DNA from: Orbicella franksi
Lineage: Eukaryota
Assembly: GCA_964199315.1 (NCBI GenBank)
Contig: OZ116701.1
Location: 4,526,001-4,590,000, forward strand
DNA length: 64,000 nucleotides
Reading direction: 5' to 3'
The translations under genes were made by a program, and so were the position numbers. Under the pieces are notes generated by a model. It did no database searches. It worked only from the letters and a program-made list of their open reading frames with translations, and was not told the DNA's origin. Below, one piece after another: positions 62,382 to 64,000 of this stretch (within the stretch, counting starts at the first letter, position 1; each line of letters starts with the position of its first letter).

Positions 62382-64000
62382 TTACTTTATCCTTTTCAAG
62401 TTAATTATGAGTTAAAATTTCTCTTTAACACGGCTCAGCACAGTAAAATGGCGTGATGTAACGCTTAATTTGTTTTAAACTGCAAGACGCGTGTCTTAAA
62501 GAATTAAAGGAGACGTATGGCCAAACTCGTGGATTAAGTAATCTAGAGATGAAACATGTTGGCGAACTTGCAATTATTGGTGTATTATTAAAGGTGTTTA
62601 AAACATGTTGGGTCGCACTTATCTCACAAAGCATAGGCTTTTTTCGTTGGCTTTTGTTGCACACATACTACAAACACATACGTCCAGAATAGCTAGGGTG
62701 GCAAAATTGCAGCTGAACATGGAATGGTAAAGGTTAAGGGTTCTTGGGTCACAGAGGACACTCCTACCAAAACATTCATAGAGTACTCTTTGTCTACCTG
62801 CTGGGAAAATTTCCATGTATTCAGGCCGTACGAGCTTACAGACCTTTTTCATTGCATTTCACTCAAGGCTATAGGTAAGGTTTCTTATGAGACAGCACTT
62901 CTTTTCCAATGTGGGACTGCTTGTCTCTATATATATTGCATGTAAAATACATCAAAATAAGTAGCCTCTTTTACAAGCATTTTCAGTGTTGATCCAAAAA
63001 ATCTGTCGACCCATAAATATGTGTTCCAACAAGCTCACAGGGGGTTTCTTTCCCTTTGTTATCTTTTCAATCAGGAAGCAAAAGTGTAATCAAAAGAAAG
63101 CGTAAAAATAATTTGAGCTTACCACAATCAAGTATTTGTTTATGCGCATTTCACATCCCACTCAGAGTTCAGATCAATAACAGCAGCTACAGTGTAGCGA
63201 CATGGTTAAACAGATATATCAAAGTTACCTCCCAGTTTACCGTAAGCTAAACGTTAGCACCAAATTTGGTCAAAAGTACGATAAATGAACTGACTTTACT
63301 TCGTTTTTAAAATCTCCCGCGCCTTCAGCAACATCCTTCATCTTTTCTGCTACCCAGCGTGCCCCGCGTGAACGCGTGCTCAGTCTCATTTGTCAGCGGT
63401 TTGCCTAAAGGAAAGAAAAATAGGCGCACTTTGTTCCCCTTTACATGACGCAATTTTTTTTCCCGCTTTGTTCGAAAACTGTTTGCGTCAGTTCCGATCT
63501 GGCGCGCGTTGCTCGTCTACAAATCTTGAATTTGCTTGTTTTTCTTTCTTTCTTTTTTTTTTTTTTTTTTTAGCTCTGGGCCTGCTATATTATAATTTCT
63601 GGTGGACAAATGCAGCAGGAAAGGCAGGGGGAAATTGAACAGATTGAACATGAGGTCTCGATGGAAGAAAATTCTGGACCAGTGCTTTTATTTATTTTAT
63701 TTTTATTTATTTACTACAATTTATGGCATACAAAAACAGAGGCCAAGGGATAAAATGCAAAAGAGTCAAAGACCGCAGATTACCAATGGTGCTAAAATGA
63801 AAAATTATGTAAATTAAAACATGGTAGTAATAAATATTAAATATTAAATATTATGATAAGAAAAACATTTAAAGAATGTATTAATCCAAAAAAACTTTTT
63901 GACCAAAGCTTTAAAAGAATTTACACGTGAGTCCACTTGCGTTGCGTTCAGCCGTTCGAACAGATACCGCGAGGAACGTTTTCGCGTGAGAGGTCAAATA

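Noticed and set aside
62425-62852. Two minus-strand ORFs next to the THAP element, possibly a transposase or nuclease fragment
   Set aside because: No DDE or other catalytic motif could be recognised, and all frames after the nearest acceptor contain stops.
63292-63340. Possible minus-strand first exon MKDVAEGAGDFKNE|GTAAAG below a GC-rich promoter-like region
   Set aside because: The donor is weak and no in-frame downstream exon was found.
1-64000. CRISPR arrays, rRNA genes and prokaryotic operon features
   Set aside because: No regularly spaced repeat-spacer array or rRNA-like sequence was seen; the DNA is spliceosomal-intron-containing animal sequence.

Overview
AT-rich, intron-containing animal genomic DNA, most likely from a stony coral. 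That assignment is an inference from a USOMP5-like gene, a tRNA-derived SINE and MITE families I recall from scleractinian genomes. Three spliced protein-coding genes can be built by hand with consistent GT-AG phases, all on the minus strand. Two are tandem doublesex/mab-3 (DMRT) genes, each with a DM and a DMA domain. The upstream one (13639-20255, 429 aa) is canonical. The downstream one (6941-10404, 378 aa) has a divergent DM domain and an unexpected C-terminal CxxC-x10-CxxC zinc ribbon. The third (51373-59949) encodes a secreted PAN/Apple + EGF + USOMP5-like protein; its 5' exons and half of its last exon exist as duplicated dead copies. Between them lie about 30 kb without a clearly intact gene, containing orphan ATG exons with strong splice donors, decayed coding-like frames, an E-box cluster and local duplications. 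Many MITEs, two SINE copies, a possible Penelope remnant and a TIR element carrying a disabled THAP gene are also present. No rRNA, true tRNA gene or CRISPR array was seen. All translations, alignments and family assignments were made by eye or from memory, with no database search.
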